This document shows positions 27,519 to 37,900 of a stretch of DNA of 64,000 nt, one piece after another. This DNA comes from the human T2T-CHM13v2.0 reference genome, Homo sapiens. Position 1 is the first letter of the stretch. Each line of letters starts with the position of its first letter. The notes beneath the pieces were generated by a model that saw nothing but the letters and a program-made list of their open reading frames with translations, made no database searches and had not been told where the DNA came from. The stretch lies in assembly GCF_009914755.1 (NCBI RefSeq), contig NC_060942.1. The stretch is one strand, 5' to 3'. A program made the position numbers and the translations under genes.

Positions 27519-30500
27519 TGAAACTCTTCAGATACCACTGTAGCTGGGTTGGGCCTCTCTGTCTACTACACATTGTCCAGGATTACAGTGATTTGTATCC
27601 TTGTCTTGGTCTCCTACTGATTGGTAAGTTCCTTGAAGGCAAAAGTTATCTTAGACATTTTTTCGCTTAACTAAAACACCTAGCATAGAGCTTTGCATGG
27701 TGTAGGGCCTCAATAAATGTTTTTTTCAATGAAACAAGTTAGTGTGCATGTTTTCCTAAATAACCAGATTCTAAAACCCCTCTCCATGACCATCACTACC
27801 CCGGTTCCTGGGAACCCAGGGTTAAGTTTTGTGGACAATTGCTCATTTCCCTCAATTAGGACTTCTTCAAATCATTTTCTTCTTATACTATCACTTTAAT
27901 GTTTAGTAAGTGGCTTTGTCTCCCTGTTCTTATAATTTTGTTATAAAATACCTCAAAACCTCTCTGTGTGTCTTCAGTGTGTGTGTTTTTAAAGATGCTG
28001 GCAGGAATCCATAAAGGATATGGCTAGGAGATAGCCCTGAAATTTTACATCCAGAAATGCCAATGCTGCCATCCTTTATGGACTCGCTTTTTTTTTTTCA
28101 AGAAGATAAATCAATATTTAAAGCTGATGATATAATTTGTACTTAATTTTATTCCTATTTTAATTGTAAATCAGATATCAATATATCTGAGATATAGCAT
28201 TGAACTAAGAAGACTAAGTATGTGTCTCATGTTCTTTTAGAAAATTCTAATGCAGCTGAGAGGAATATTTGGCTGCAATTCAATTTCAGAGTTAATATAG
28301 AGATATAGCATTCATCATGTTGTAAAGCAGAAAAAATATCATCCTGGTTATCTGCTAAGGAGAGCTGGAAAAAGTCAAGAAGAGACAGCCTGCAACACTG
28401 ATCCTTTGTTTGGTGCTTCAAGTATTAAAATTGGTAAACTCACCATACTCTGTTGCAGCTTAACTGTCTTTTCGACAGTTAAAAATAAGGAAATATGGTA
28501 ACTGGATCTGTCACAAGAAAAGATGTATTGGTCTCAATGGAGAAAACCTCCCCTGAAAAATTAAAGCTTCACTTGACACAGTGGGTTCTCGGGTTGTTTT
28601 TGGGAGACATGATAATGAGCAGAGTGGAGTCAGTCATCAGTTTCTGACTCATTACATGGAAGCCCCAGAGAGCTGATTATTAACTAAAAATGGAATACGC
28701 TTCTATCCCTGAAGTTGTGAAGGCAAAACAAGAAGCAGAATGGAAACACAAATTTCCCCATTGACGCATGTGGCCCAAACGCGATGCTCAAGGGCAGGTG
28801 TCTTCCACAGTTAACCTGCTCATGGAATGTGGTTGATCGCCCCAGAAAATCACCCAAGTCACTCTCAGTATATTGCTACAAATGGCCATACCAGTATGTC
28901 AGGGAGATTCCCTTTCTCACATGTTTAAAAGGGCGTTTGGGGAAGTAGTCCTTACCCTAAGCTATTTTAGTTTAGTTAGTCAAACATTTATTGAAGTCTC
29001 AGGTATAACCCCACTATAATCTTGCACTAGAGGAATCAAAGTAAGTACAAATTTTGCCAGCAGATACTATCTTTTCTCTGCACAGGTTAAAGTTTATAAT
29101 CACTAGAGGAAAAGGATAGTGTCTGGTCACAGAATTTTGACCTGCCCAGCTGCCTGCAGCAAGTTTGGGGTGAGGGTTATCCTCTCACTTTGATTAGACT
29201 CCCCACTTCTGCTCCCTTTTGCTAGTATCTAAGCGCATTACGGTTTTCTTCAGGTAAATCCTACCCATCACTAATTGGAAGTTAACAAGGAGCTACACCT
29301 GAGAGGTCCCTCACCGGTGGAATGATAAGGCAGGTAGGGGATGGTCACAGGGGTGGTGGAACCTATGAGAAAGTCCCATGGCTTGGAAGAGAGAGGAATA
29401 ATCATTCAATCCTTATTCACACTGAAGGACAGATGGGTGTATCTTTTGTCTGGCAAATGGAGGGCAGAGAAATAGTGCTATAGCATATACAGAATTGGGC
29501 ATATATAAGAACAACAAGTGACAATCTATAAAAATATGTTTTTAAGTGAAAACAGCTTTGTTGGCATTTTGAAAGTTTTACAGTCTCCATTTAAACGAAC
29601 AGACCACAAGCCCAAAAAAGTCCGAAGGCAAATGCCAGTGTTACAATGGACTGTGAATTTCTGTAACTAGCATCGTAGAAGTGTCTTGATAAATAGAACA
29701 GTAATATAACCTCAAACCAAAACAAAACAGAAGCTTTTTTTTCCCCTGCTCAAAGGAAGAGCCCCCGCTCTGGTTCAAAACCTACTTGTATTTTTTGGCA
29801 TACAAGAGTTATTTAAGAAAGATAGTTCTTCAAATTACCCTGTTCCAGTCAGTCTAATCGGAGCCTTGATTGTCTTTTACTTAAAAAGAATTAATGAAAT
29901 GCTTTAGAAATTGTAGACTGGTGTTTATTAAGTCTTCTTAGTATGCATAAATAGTGCTTAGTGGGTTAATATTTAACAAGGGAACTCCCCCTGCCTTTCA
30001 GTTCTCTTAAGCATATGTCTACGTTACACAGTATTTTTTAAAGTATCTACATTTTGGCCCTGTTTAAATTAGGCCTAATGCACACATGAACAGCCATATG
30101 GTCAGAAATAACGTTCTTAGACCAAGGCTGAAGTACATGCAAAATAACTTATAGTTATTTGCTTTTTTCCTCTAAGTCTCTGAGTCTAGGATCATGCTTA
30201 TCAGGCTGTATGATAACTACGAGTTTATTAAGATGCCTGCAACACTAGCCTGTGAGTTTATCCAGGGCAGAAGCAAAGCTCTCCTTGCCGTGCCTCCAAC
30301 CTAACCCAAGGCAGGACTCATGTAAGACTGGCAATCACATCTGTGGAATAACTGTCAGTCCTTGGATGATTTTCATCATTAATCCTGCTTAGACATCAAA
30401 CATTAAGGTTGCTTAAGCCAAACCAAGAGGGATGAAAGAGAAAATTCACAGTGGAGTAAATTCACTGAGTGGTCTCCTACATGTGGTTGACAGAAAGGAT

Positions 30501-33500
30501 GACCAGATTGACAAGTTACTGTTATACCTGAATAAGGTGATATTAGATTACCTTAAAAAGGTTGAACAGAACCTTTGAATCTCAAATACAATATATCTCT
30601 GGGGGAAAAAGAAAACGTTCTACTTGTACACTACAAAGACAGTGTTGTTTTCTAGCACAAATGCACTTCTGCTGAGATACTGCTTTGCTAAACTACCGCT
30701 AAGACACAATGAGTGACCTTAGAAAAGGGTGCGGAGGTATGTTGGGTGGGAAGAACCACTGTTAACATGCAGCACCCACACACTCGCTCATGAGTGGGCG
30801 TATCATCCCTCCAAATAGCGCAATAGGACTGGGAACAGAGATAAGAAAAAACAACAAGAATTTTGCTTTCCTTTTTTTTATTTTTAATTTATGGCTTTCT
30901 GTTACCTGGTATGCTGTGTGGCCTGATGACATTTAAGTAATCTGAAATGTACCAGTTCAATCAAAGATTGCTAAAAAGGGCAATCCATTCTTATTAGAAA
31001 GTACAGCTGAAAGTAACAGAATGCGCAAAAGAAAGCCATGTTTTCAATGGACGTTAAATAGCAACAAAACAGAAAAGAGAACTCAGTTAACTATAAAATT
31101 TTATGAATGTCCAGAAACAATCACACCACAGCACATGACTGAAAACTCTATGAGAAATAGTGTGTTTTTCTCTACTACATAAATTATTGAAAGGGGTCAT
31201 GTGATTCTTGTAGGCAGAAAGATGCACTTTCCCAAGGAAAGTTCATCATGAAATATATTATTTAAGACTAGATCATCTTCAAGCTATTTTTAATCCTATC
31301 GTTTTGCTGCCAAAATTGGCCATAAGCAGCCAATCCTCAGACACTAGAAAAATGATGCTCTTTCATGTAATTTGTACACTGGCATGAGAATGGTATTGCT
31401 TTCCAGTTAATCAAATGTTTTGCTGGATGTGGACTGCCTTGAGAAAGGAAAAACTGCTTGCTGACTAATGAAAAGGCAGCTGAACTCTACCGGGTGTGGA
31501 GAAGTTCCTGTCTTCCTAAACCACCAACACCAAAAAACCAAAAAATAAGTCGGATTACCATCTTGTCAACAGAATAAAGCCAATCTCCTACAATCTCTTG
31601 TCTGAATCATCTCATTCTTCTAGTGGCTCCTATCTCACTCTCTCCTAAGACATGAAGCTGAATGTCGTCACAGTTCCCAGTTTAGAGGGTCACTCTCCAT
31701 CACCTGCCCAAAACTCAATCCCTTGCCTGCAAGAGTCCCTTTGTCTTAAAGAAGCTGCAAGGTCACTAAAGTCATTTACAGAATTTAAACTGTGTTATGA
31801 GGGGATAAAATAATAACTAACAGAGCTATTAAAAGAGCTAATTCTCTTGCCTTTAATTGAAGAAAAGCTATCTTACTTTTTAATGGGACCAGTGATGCCA
31901 ATATAAACTATATAACTACTACGAAAAATATTCATGAGAAGACTGGGCTTATAGTTGATCTACCTGCTTGCTATCTCTCCTTCATCCAATTTATGTCTTC
32001 CTAAAGTCAGATCACAATAGTGGACACCTGGGAAATACTCGGTATTCCAAGTAACACTATAGATCTTTAAGGCCACTGGAAGGGGACAATGCAGAATCCA
32101 TCCCAGGTAGCAACTCTTCCTAAAAGATGCCACCAGGAACCAAGGATGGTAGCCAGCATCGCTAACTTTAACGTGCACACAAACCACATATTCTGACTCA
32201 GTAGCTCTGGGGTGGGAGCTGAGCTTTAGCATCTCTACAAAGCTCCGGGGGATGCATGTGCTACTGTCTATAAGCCACACTGAGCAGCAAGGTATCCACA
32301 TTTTCTAGAATTGCTTCTCTCTCACTGCTTCCTCTGTCCTGCCTCTCTCTGGATGCCACACAATGCCTTATTCAGACCTAGGAATAAATCCACACTCCAC
32401 TCTACAGCCAATTACTTCTTTAGTCTTTATTTAATTTGTAGTCTTCTGGGACAATCTATCAGAGGCTGATCATTCCAAGGACCTGATTTATCCATGTTAT
32501 GGAACACAAAAGTCAAACAGATTTCCTCAGCCTCACAAGGTTCCAATTTTCTACGAGCAGCAGCAAAGAAAAAGAAATGACTTGCAGTCTAAAGCCTGGA
32601 GTATTCAGTGTAGTATTCAGGAGATGGGCTAATCCACGGAGCCCTGGGGACAGTGCAGATTATTGTCACATGCCAAGAAAATATGCTAGCTCTCTTCTGA
32701 AGCTTTACCATTAAGACTACCTTACACTATAAAATACAACATATTATTAGAGATGTAACCCCAATTGGTGTAAATGTGAAGAAAATCTGTCTGTATGCCA
32801 AATGCCTAAAATGACTTTTAGATTAATAATGCACATTTGAAATGATAGGCAAATCATTCATCATTCTCAAACACTACCACTTTTATTCCAAAGTGTCCTA
32901 TGAGTGCATTTCCTGGTATATATATATATTTTTTCTCTAAATTCCTTTGTTTTCCTATATAGTCACCATCTATGCATTGTTCTGAAAGCTATTACATATT
33001 TTACCATCAACCATCTGTGCTTCTACATGATTTATTTTTACTAGAAGCAGTTTTGTCAAAAAATTTTTATCATGTTCTATGGTATGTCATTGTGGTTTGG
33101 CATCATAAAATGTAGCCTCTACATTTATCAACCTCAGATACCTGTTGACCACAAAGATAGGTCTACTATGAAAACTCTGTTTCACAAAAAGAAAAAAGTG
33201 AGCCTTTACTTAAAAAGAAACTTCAGTTACATGAGAGGGTAACACACTGAAATTCAGCAACAAATATCAAGGTTGTATCTTAATTTCTGTCATAAACATG
33301 TGTCTCTGTTTCCCACATTTTTATTAACTTATTTGATAGACAGATACCAGTTACCACCTTGGATTTATTTCAAGTAGAAAGAAAATTTGTAAGTGTGAAT
33401 TTTTCACAAAAATGTGAAATAGTAAAACTATTAAATCAGTTTTACTTTGGTTTAAAAGGATCCTTTGGGAATCTGGAAGTCCCAACCCCTTTAGTTATAG

Positions 33501-35029
33501 TGATTAAAAATCAAACCACCTACTTAACCAAATATTTAACAAAAATATTCTTTTCACCCTTTAGCAAATTCTTCCAGAATTACTAAAGATCTGATAATGT
33601 GAGATCTCAACAAACAAACAATTCAAGAAGAGGATTTAAATTTTAGAAATTTAAATTGGGGCATTTTAGTTAATCTTACTTTTAAACACCAAACAGTGGC
33701 ATCAATATTTTGTCAACTTTGGTCAAATAAGATCAGATGTTCACATCAATCATCTACTTTTCTTGGCCTTTTCTCTATTTGGCCTCTTAGTATGAGCACA
33801 CTTTGTAAAATGTAATAAAAACATGTGGTGTGCTTCTTGACATCTAATCCACTTGCAGTAATTTCTAGGCTTTTTGCTCCTGTTAGGTCCTATAAAATAA
33901 TGACATTAGTCATTCTCCCAAGAGGCTATAAAAGGAAGCACTGAATTGCATCCTGTTTTTCAAAGATAACTCTTCAGATTAAAACAAAAAGTGTAAAAAA
34001 AAAAAAAAAACTTCACACAAGAATTACTTTTTCATAAATTCATCATTTTAGATATGAGATATAGATCTCCATTACAATCCTTGACTCTTAGGAACTAAAC
34101 CCCCTCCAACAAAGAATCTCAGAAAAGTACAATTGTATGGTATAATGATGAAAGCTCTATCTAGCACAGTACGAGAAAAAGATCATCTCACAAATGTTCT
34201 TCAAAGCCACAGGTATCAATCACTTCAACTAAAGTAAGGGTAAGATAATCCACAGCTAAGAATCAATTCTTCTACACTTTACATAGATACCTAGATGCAA
34301 ATTTTTTTCAGCCGACCACAAAATTAGGTCCACTCTGAGTGGTGAAAAACAAAAGATTCTAACATTCTAGCAAACTGGTAAACCATACACAAATTATAGA
34401 ATACAAAGAATGCAGCCGATGCAAATTCTGTCACTGACAAGGTAGCAAAGCCATAGCCTGATACTCCTCAGGACACCTCATCACGCCCACTGGGAACATG
34501 GCACACACTGGAGATTCCAGTCCAAGGACTTTGGAATGTCAACTTAGCTCTTTACAAACACAACTAAGTTTTTCAGGGAAAAAGACTTACATTGGTTTTC
34601 CTCTTTTGGAAAATTTTACCGATTGATGATGCCCTTGGTCTTCTGTGGAGTCTATTCTTCTAATCGGGTTGTTCTCCAATTTTAGTGTACAACGGGCTTG
34701 TTTCAGGGGAGCTTGTTTGGGATGCAGACTGTCAAGACCCAACCTGGTATCTGGTTCATAAGCAGTCCCTGAAACCTCCCTCCGGTTCCAAAAAGCTGCT
34801 CAAGCCAGGAAACGGTGGTCCTGGGGACTCCTGGACCTTCAGCTTGAGAAACACTGAAGGGGTACCATTTACCACCACATCCTACTGGATTACAAACGCT
34901 AGATCTTTGGATCTCCACGACTAGCAAGCAAGTTAAAGACTTTTAGATGGCAGGCGTTATCGGTCAGGTTGGGAGTGAACGCTTTGTCCAGAGGAGGAGG
35001 TAGGGACGCCGGGAAGCAACAACTCTGAT

Positions 35030-35035
35030 TTTATT
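35030..35035 (-). terminator. BCL2: Intronic polyadenylation signal for BCL2-beta
   Basis: AATAAA on the minus strand about 75 nt after the beta stop codon, followed by GU-rich GTTGTTGCTT. Confidence 0.8.
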
Positions 35036-35109
35036 TCGCCGGCTCCACAGCCTCCCATTGCCCCAGGAGCCCACCCGCACTCCAACCCCCGCATCTCGGA
35101 CCTGTGGCC

Positions 35110-35727
35110 TCAGCCCAGACTCACATCACCAAGTGCACCTACCCAGCCTCCGTTATCCTGGATCCAGGTGTGCAGGTGCCGGTTCAGGTACTCAGTCATC
35201 CACAGGGCGATGTTGTCCACCAGGGGCGACATCTCCCGGTTGACGCTCTCCACACACATGACCCCACCGAACTCAAAGAAGGCCACAATCCTCCCCCAGT
35301 TCACCCCGTCCCTGAAGAGCTCCTCCACCACCGTGGCAAAGCGTCCCCGCGCGGTGAAGGGCGTCAGGTGCAGCTGGCTGGACATCTCGGCGAAGTCGCG
35401 GCGGTAGCGGCGGGAGAAGTCGTCGCCGGCCTGGCGGAGGGTCAGGTGGACCACAGGTGGCACCGGGCTGAGCGCAGGCCCCGCGGCGGCGCCGGGGGCA
35501 GCCGGGGTCTGCAGCGGCGAGGTCCTGGCGACCGGGTCCCGGGATGCGGCTGGATGGGGCGTGTGCCCGGGCTGGGAGGAGAAGATGCCCGGTGCGGGGG
35601 CGGCCCCCGGGGGCGCGGCGCCCACATCTCCCGCATCCCACTCGTAGCCCCTCTGCGACAGCTTATAATGGATGTACTTCATCACTATCTCCCGGTTATC
35701 GTACCCCGTTCTCCCAGCGTGCGCCAT
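35110..35727 (-). CDS. BCL2: BCL2-beta isoform (205 aa): reads through the exon 2 donor, ends ...[15 protein letters not shown], lacks the C-terminal transmembrane anchor
   Basis: ORF track 35110..35787 minus its 20 GTG-initiated upstream codons gives 205 aa; TGA at 35112-35110; AATAAA follows at 35035-35030. Confidence 0.93.
   Translation of the reverse strand: MAHAGRTGYDNREIVMKYIHYKLSQRGYEWDAGDVGAAPPGAAPAPGIFSSQPGHTPHPAASRDPVARTSPLQTPAAPGAAAGPALSPVPPVVHLTLRQAGDDFSRRYRRDFAEMSSQLHLTPFTARGRFATVVEELFRDGVNWGRIVAFFEFGGVMCVESVNREMSPLVDNIALWMTEYLNRHLHTWIQDNGGWVGALGDVSLG
35143..35727 (-). CDS. BCL2: BCL2 apoptosis regulator, coding part of exon 2 (codons 1-195 of BCL2-alpha; BH4, flexible loop, BH3, BH1, start of BH2). 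The last coding exon lies outside the window.
   Basis: Translation [30 protein letters not shown]...[12 protein letters not shown]...[13 protein letters not shown]...WIQDNGGW is recognisably BCL2. ATG at 35727-35725; 585 nt later is a phase-0 donor TGG|GTAGGT (GT at 35142-35141). Confidence 0.99.
35440..35452. promoter_or_regulatory. Exonic estrogen response element (starts at c.276)
   Basis: GGTCAggtGGACC, one mismatch to GGTCAnnnTGACC; matches the reported BCL2 coding-region ERE. Confidence 0.7.
35521..35533. promoter_or_regulatory. Exonic imperfect estrogen response element (starts at c.195)
   Basis: GGTCCtggCGACC palindrome, two mismatches to the ERE consensus. Confidence 0.6.
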
Positions 35728-35769
35728 CCTTCCCAGAGGAAAAGCAACGGGGGCCAACGGCACCTCTCG

Positions 35770-35794
35770 CCCCAGCTCCCACCCCACGGCCCCC
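35770..35794 (-). other. BCL2: 5'UTR RNA G-quadruplex, 42 nt upstream of the ATG
   Basis: GGGGGCCGTGGGGTGGGAGCTGGGG on the sense strand: four G-runs. Confidence 0.85.
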
Positions 35795-35804
35795 AGAGAA
35801 AGAA

Positions 35805-35905
35805 GAGGAGTTATAATCCAGCTATTTTATTGGATGTGCTTTGCATTCTTGGACGAGGGGGTGTCTTCAATCACGCGGAACACTTGATTCTGGTGTTTCC
35901 CCCTT
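35805..35905 (-). promoter_or_regulatory. BCL2: BCL2 P2 promoter: TATA-like TTATAA, CCAAT box, octamer-like ATGCAAAG, kappaB-like GGGAAACACC
   Basis: TTATAA 35811-35816; CCAAT 35829-35833; ATGCAAAG 35839-35846; GGGAAACACC 35892-35901. Confidence 0.85.
35811..35846 (-). CDS. Inhibitory upstream ORF of BCL2 (11 aa, [11 protein letters not shown]), positions -119 to -84
   Basis: ATG CAA AGC ACA TCC AAT AAA ATA GCT GGA TTA TAA read directly; matches the described BCL2 uORF position. Confidence 0.85.
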   Translation of the reverse strand: MQSTSNKIAGL

Positions 35906-36013
35906 GGCATGAGATGCAGGAAATTTTTATTCCAATTCCTTTCGGATCTTTATTTCATGAGGCACGTTATTATTAGTAAGTATTGTTAATATCAGTCTAC
36001 TTCCTCTGTGATG

Positions 36014-36234
36014 CTGAAAGGTTAAAGAAAAAACAAACTAATAAGTAAAAAATCAGGTGCGTTTCCCTGTACACACTGAGTGAAAGCAGGGCATACACAC
36101 TACAAGTAACACGGCTAAAAAGAATGTATTAAGCTGCCTGGAAATTAAATTTACTCGAATGCACTTTAAGTAAAAAATCTCAAAGGTTTCCATTGAAAGT
36201 TACATTAAACCAATTTCCTGTGCAGAGAACTTAC
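36014..36234 (-). other. BCL2: BCL2 5'UTR intron 1 (221 nt; known to be often retained)
   Basis: Donor ATACAA|GTAAGT at 36234; polypyrimidine tract and CAG acceptor at 36014. Confidence 0.9.
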
Positions 36235-37140
36235 TTGTATTTTTTAAGTACAGCATGATCCTCTGTCAAGTTTCCTTTTTGTAAAACCAAAACAAATGCA
36301 TAAGGCAACGATCCCATCAATCTTCAGCACTCTCCAGTTATAGCTGATTTGAAACTTCCCAATGAATCAGGAGTCGGGGGGAGAGGGAGTAAAAATTAGG
36401 AGGATTTCCAGATCGATTCCCAGACTTCTGCTTCACAGAAATGTCAATCCGCAGGAATCCCAACCGGAGATCTCAAGAGCTCGAGAAAAAAAAAAGGCAG
36501 CGGCGGCGGCAGATGAATTACAATTTTCAGTCCGGTATTCGCAGAAGTCCTGTGATGTTTTCCCCTTCTCGGCAATTTACACGCGCGCACACACGCGCGG
36601 GCACAGGCATGAATCTCTATCCACGGGACCGCTTCACGCCTCCCCAGGAGAGAGACAGGGGAGATGGGACGATGAAGGAGCCGGGGACGGAGGCAGGAAT
36701 CCTCTTCTGATTAAACTCCGAACAGCAAATGCATTTTCCGAAAAGCTGCTGGATAAATGAAGGCAGGACGCGCCTGGCCCGCCGGTGCCGAGCGCTAGAA
36801 GCCCGCGCTGTGTGTGGTGCGGCGAGGGGTGGGGAGAAGGAGGTGGTGGGGGAGGGTTTTATTTTTTCCCTCTTTTCCTAAAAAGGATGACTGCTACGAA
36901 GTTCTCCCCCCTGGACCCCCTCTTCCGCTGCACCCCACCGGCGCACCCCGCCTCCGGGCTGCGCACCCTTTCTCCTCCTCCTGGTCCTGCGCGGCGGCGC
37001 TGGCTACGGCCGCCTCCCGGAGCTCCCGCCGCGCAGCCCGCTCCGAGCGCTGACGGCCGCCGGCAGGGAGGGCCCGGAGCCCCGGCACCTTCGCTGGCAG
37101 CGGCGGCGGCGGCAGCGCGGCGGGGCCACGGAGAGCGGCG
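36235..37140 (-). other. BCL2: BCL2 non-coding exon 1 / long P1-derived 5'UTR (5' end approximate, multiple start sites)
   Basis: Bounded by the intron 1 donor; P1 start sites are known to lie about 1.4 kb upstream of the ATG. Confidence 0.75.
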
Positions 37141-37166
37141 GGCGGGAGCGCGGCGGGCGGGCGGGC
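37139..37166 (+). other. P1G4 G-quadruplex adjacent to the P1 start sites
   Basis: CGGGCGGGAGCGCGGCGGGCGGGCGGGC: five GGG runs. Confidence 0.85.
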
Positions 37167-37177
37167 AGGCGGCGCGG

Positions 37178-37216
37178 AGGGGCGGGCGCGGGAGGAAGGG
37201 GGCGGGAGCGGGGCTG
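37178..37216 (+). other. Pu39 DNA G-quadruplex (complementary strand forms the Py39 i-motif)
   Basis: AGGGGCGGGCGCGGGAGGAAGGGGGCGGGAGCGGGGCTG: six G-tracts, the known Pu39 sequence. Confidence 0.93.
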
Positions 37217-37270
37217 TGGTGCCTGTCCTCTTACTTCATTCTCTGCACAGCCCGACCGGTTTCCTGTGCG

Positions 37271-37279
37271 TAACGTCAC
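37271..37279 (-). promoter_or_regulatory. CRE (CREB/ATF site) upstream of P1
   Basis: GTGACGTTA, about 1.55 kb upstream of the ATG. Confidence 0.8.
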
Positions 37280-37601
37280 ACGGTTCATTCAAAAAAAGAA
37301 GAAAGAAAGAGCCCTCCTCTGAGCCACCCGACCGCCCCCTCCGCCCCGCTCCCTGGCCCGGGTTAAAGGCGCCGCGGCAGGCCCGGGAGTGGCGCGTCCC
37401 GCCGGGGGCACATGGCGCGCGGGGCCGCGGCCGGGGAGGGCGCGTCCGGGCCGGCCACCCGCCCGCTCCGCTGCGCCCGCGGGGCCCGGCCAGTGGGTGG
37501 CGCGGGCGGCACAGGCCTCCCGCGCGGCCGCGGCGCGGTGGGTGTGCGCGGGGCCTTCTGCTCAGGCCTGCGGCAGGCCGCGTGCGGACTTGGTGGTCGC
37601 T

Positions 37602-37632
37602 GGGGTCCGCGACGGGGTGGGGGCTCCCGGGG
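37602..37632 (+). other. Upstream G-quadruplex-forming tract (about -1875 to -1905 from the ATG)
   Basis: GGGGTCCGCGACGGGGTGGGGGCTCCCGGGG: four runs of at least four G. Confidence 0.75.
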
Positions 37633-37731
37633 AACCGCACGCGGCCGGGCCGGGCGGACGACGGAGTGCGGAGGGGGGCGGCTGGCGGGAGGGTGCGCCA
37701 TGAAAACAAGGGCTGGAAAAGCGCCGGGAAC

Positions 37732-37900
37732 CGCCTGGACCCTTTCTGGCCGTGTGAGTGTGTGTGGAGTGTGTGTGTGTGTGTGTGTGTGTGTGTCTCG
37801 CCTGGACCTTTTCTAGCCGTGTATGTGGGAGTGTGTGTGTCGCCTGGACCCTTTCTAGCCGTGTATGAGAGTGTGTACACGCGCCTACACACACACACGT
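37732..37900. repeat. Compound tandem repeat: three CGCCTGGACC(C/T)TTTCT(G/A)GCCGTGT units separated by (GT)n tracts
   Basis: Units start at 37732, 37799 and 37841. Confidence 0.9.

Larger units (their letters stand above)
35000..35800. other. CpG island over BCL2 exon 2
   Basis: Dense CpG across the coding exon. Confidence 0.85.
35728..36013 (-). other. BCL2: BCL2 exon 2, 5'UTR portion (286 nt)
   Basis: Acceptor TTTTTTCTTTAACCTTTCAG|CATCAC with AG at 36015-36014. Confidence 0.92.
37080..37700 (-). promoter_or_regulatory. BCL2: BCL2 P1 promoter: TATA-less, GC-rich, with Sp1/WT1-type GC boxes, CRE, E-box and GLI-like site
   Basis: Many GGGCGG boxes; GTGACGTTA at 37279-37271; CATGTG at 37414-37409; GACCACCAA at 37598-37590. 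Confidence 0.88.

Noticed and set aside
35104-35976. 290-aa plus-strand ORF antisense to BCL2 exon 2
   Set aside because: GTG start; an expected stop-poor shadow of a GC-rich coding exon; no recognisable domain.
37732-37900. Repeat-spacer-like pattern resembling a CRISPR array
   Set aside because: Human DNA, only three units, spacers are GT microsatellite, no cas genes.
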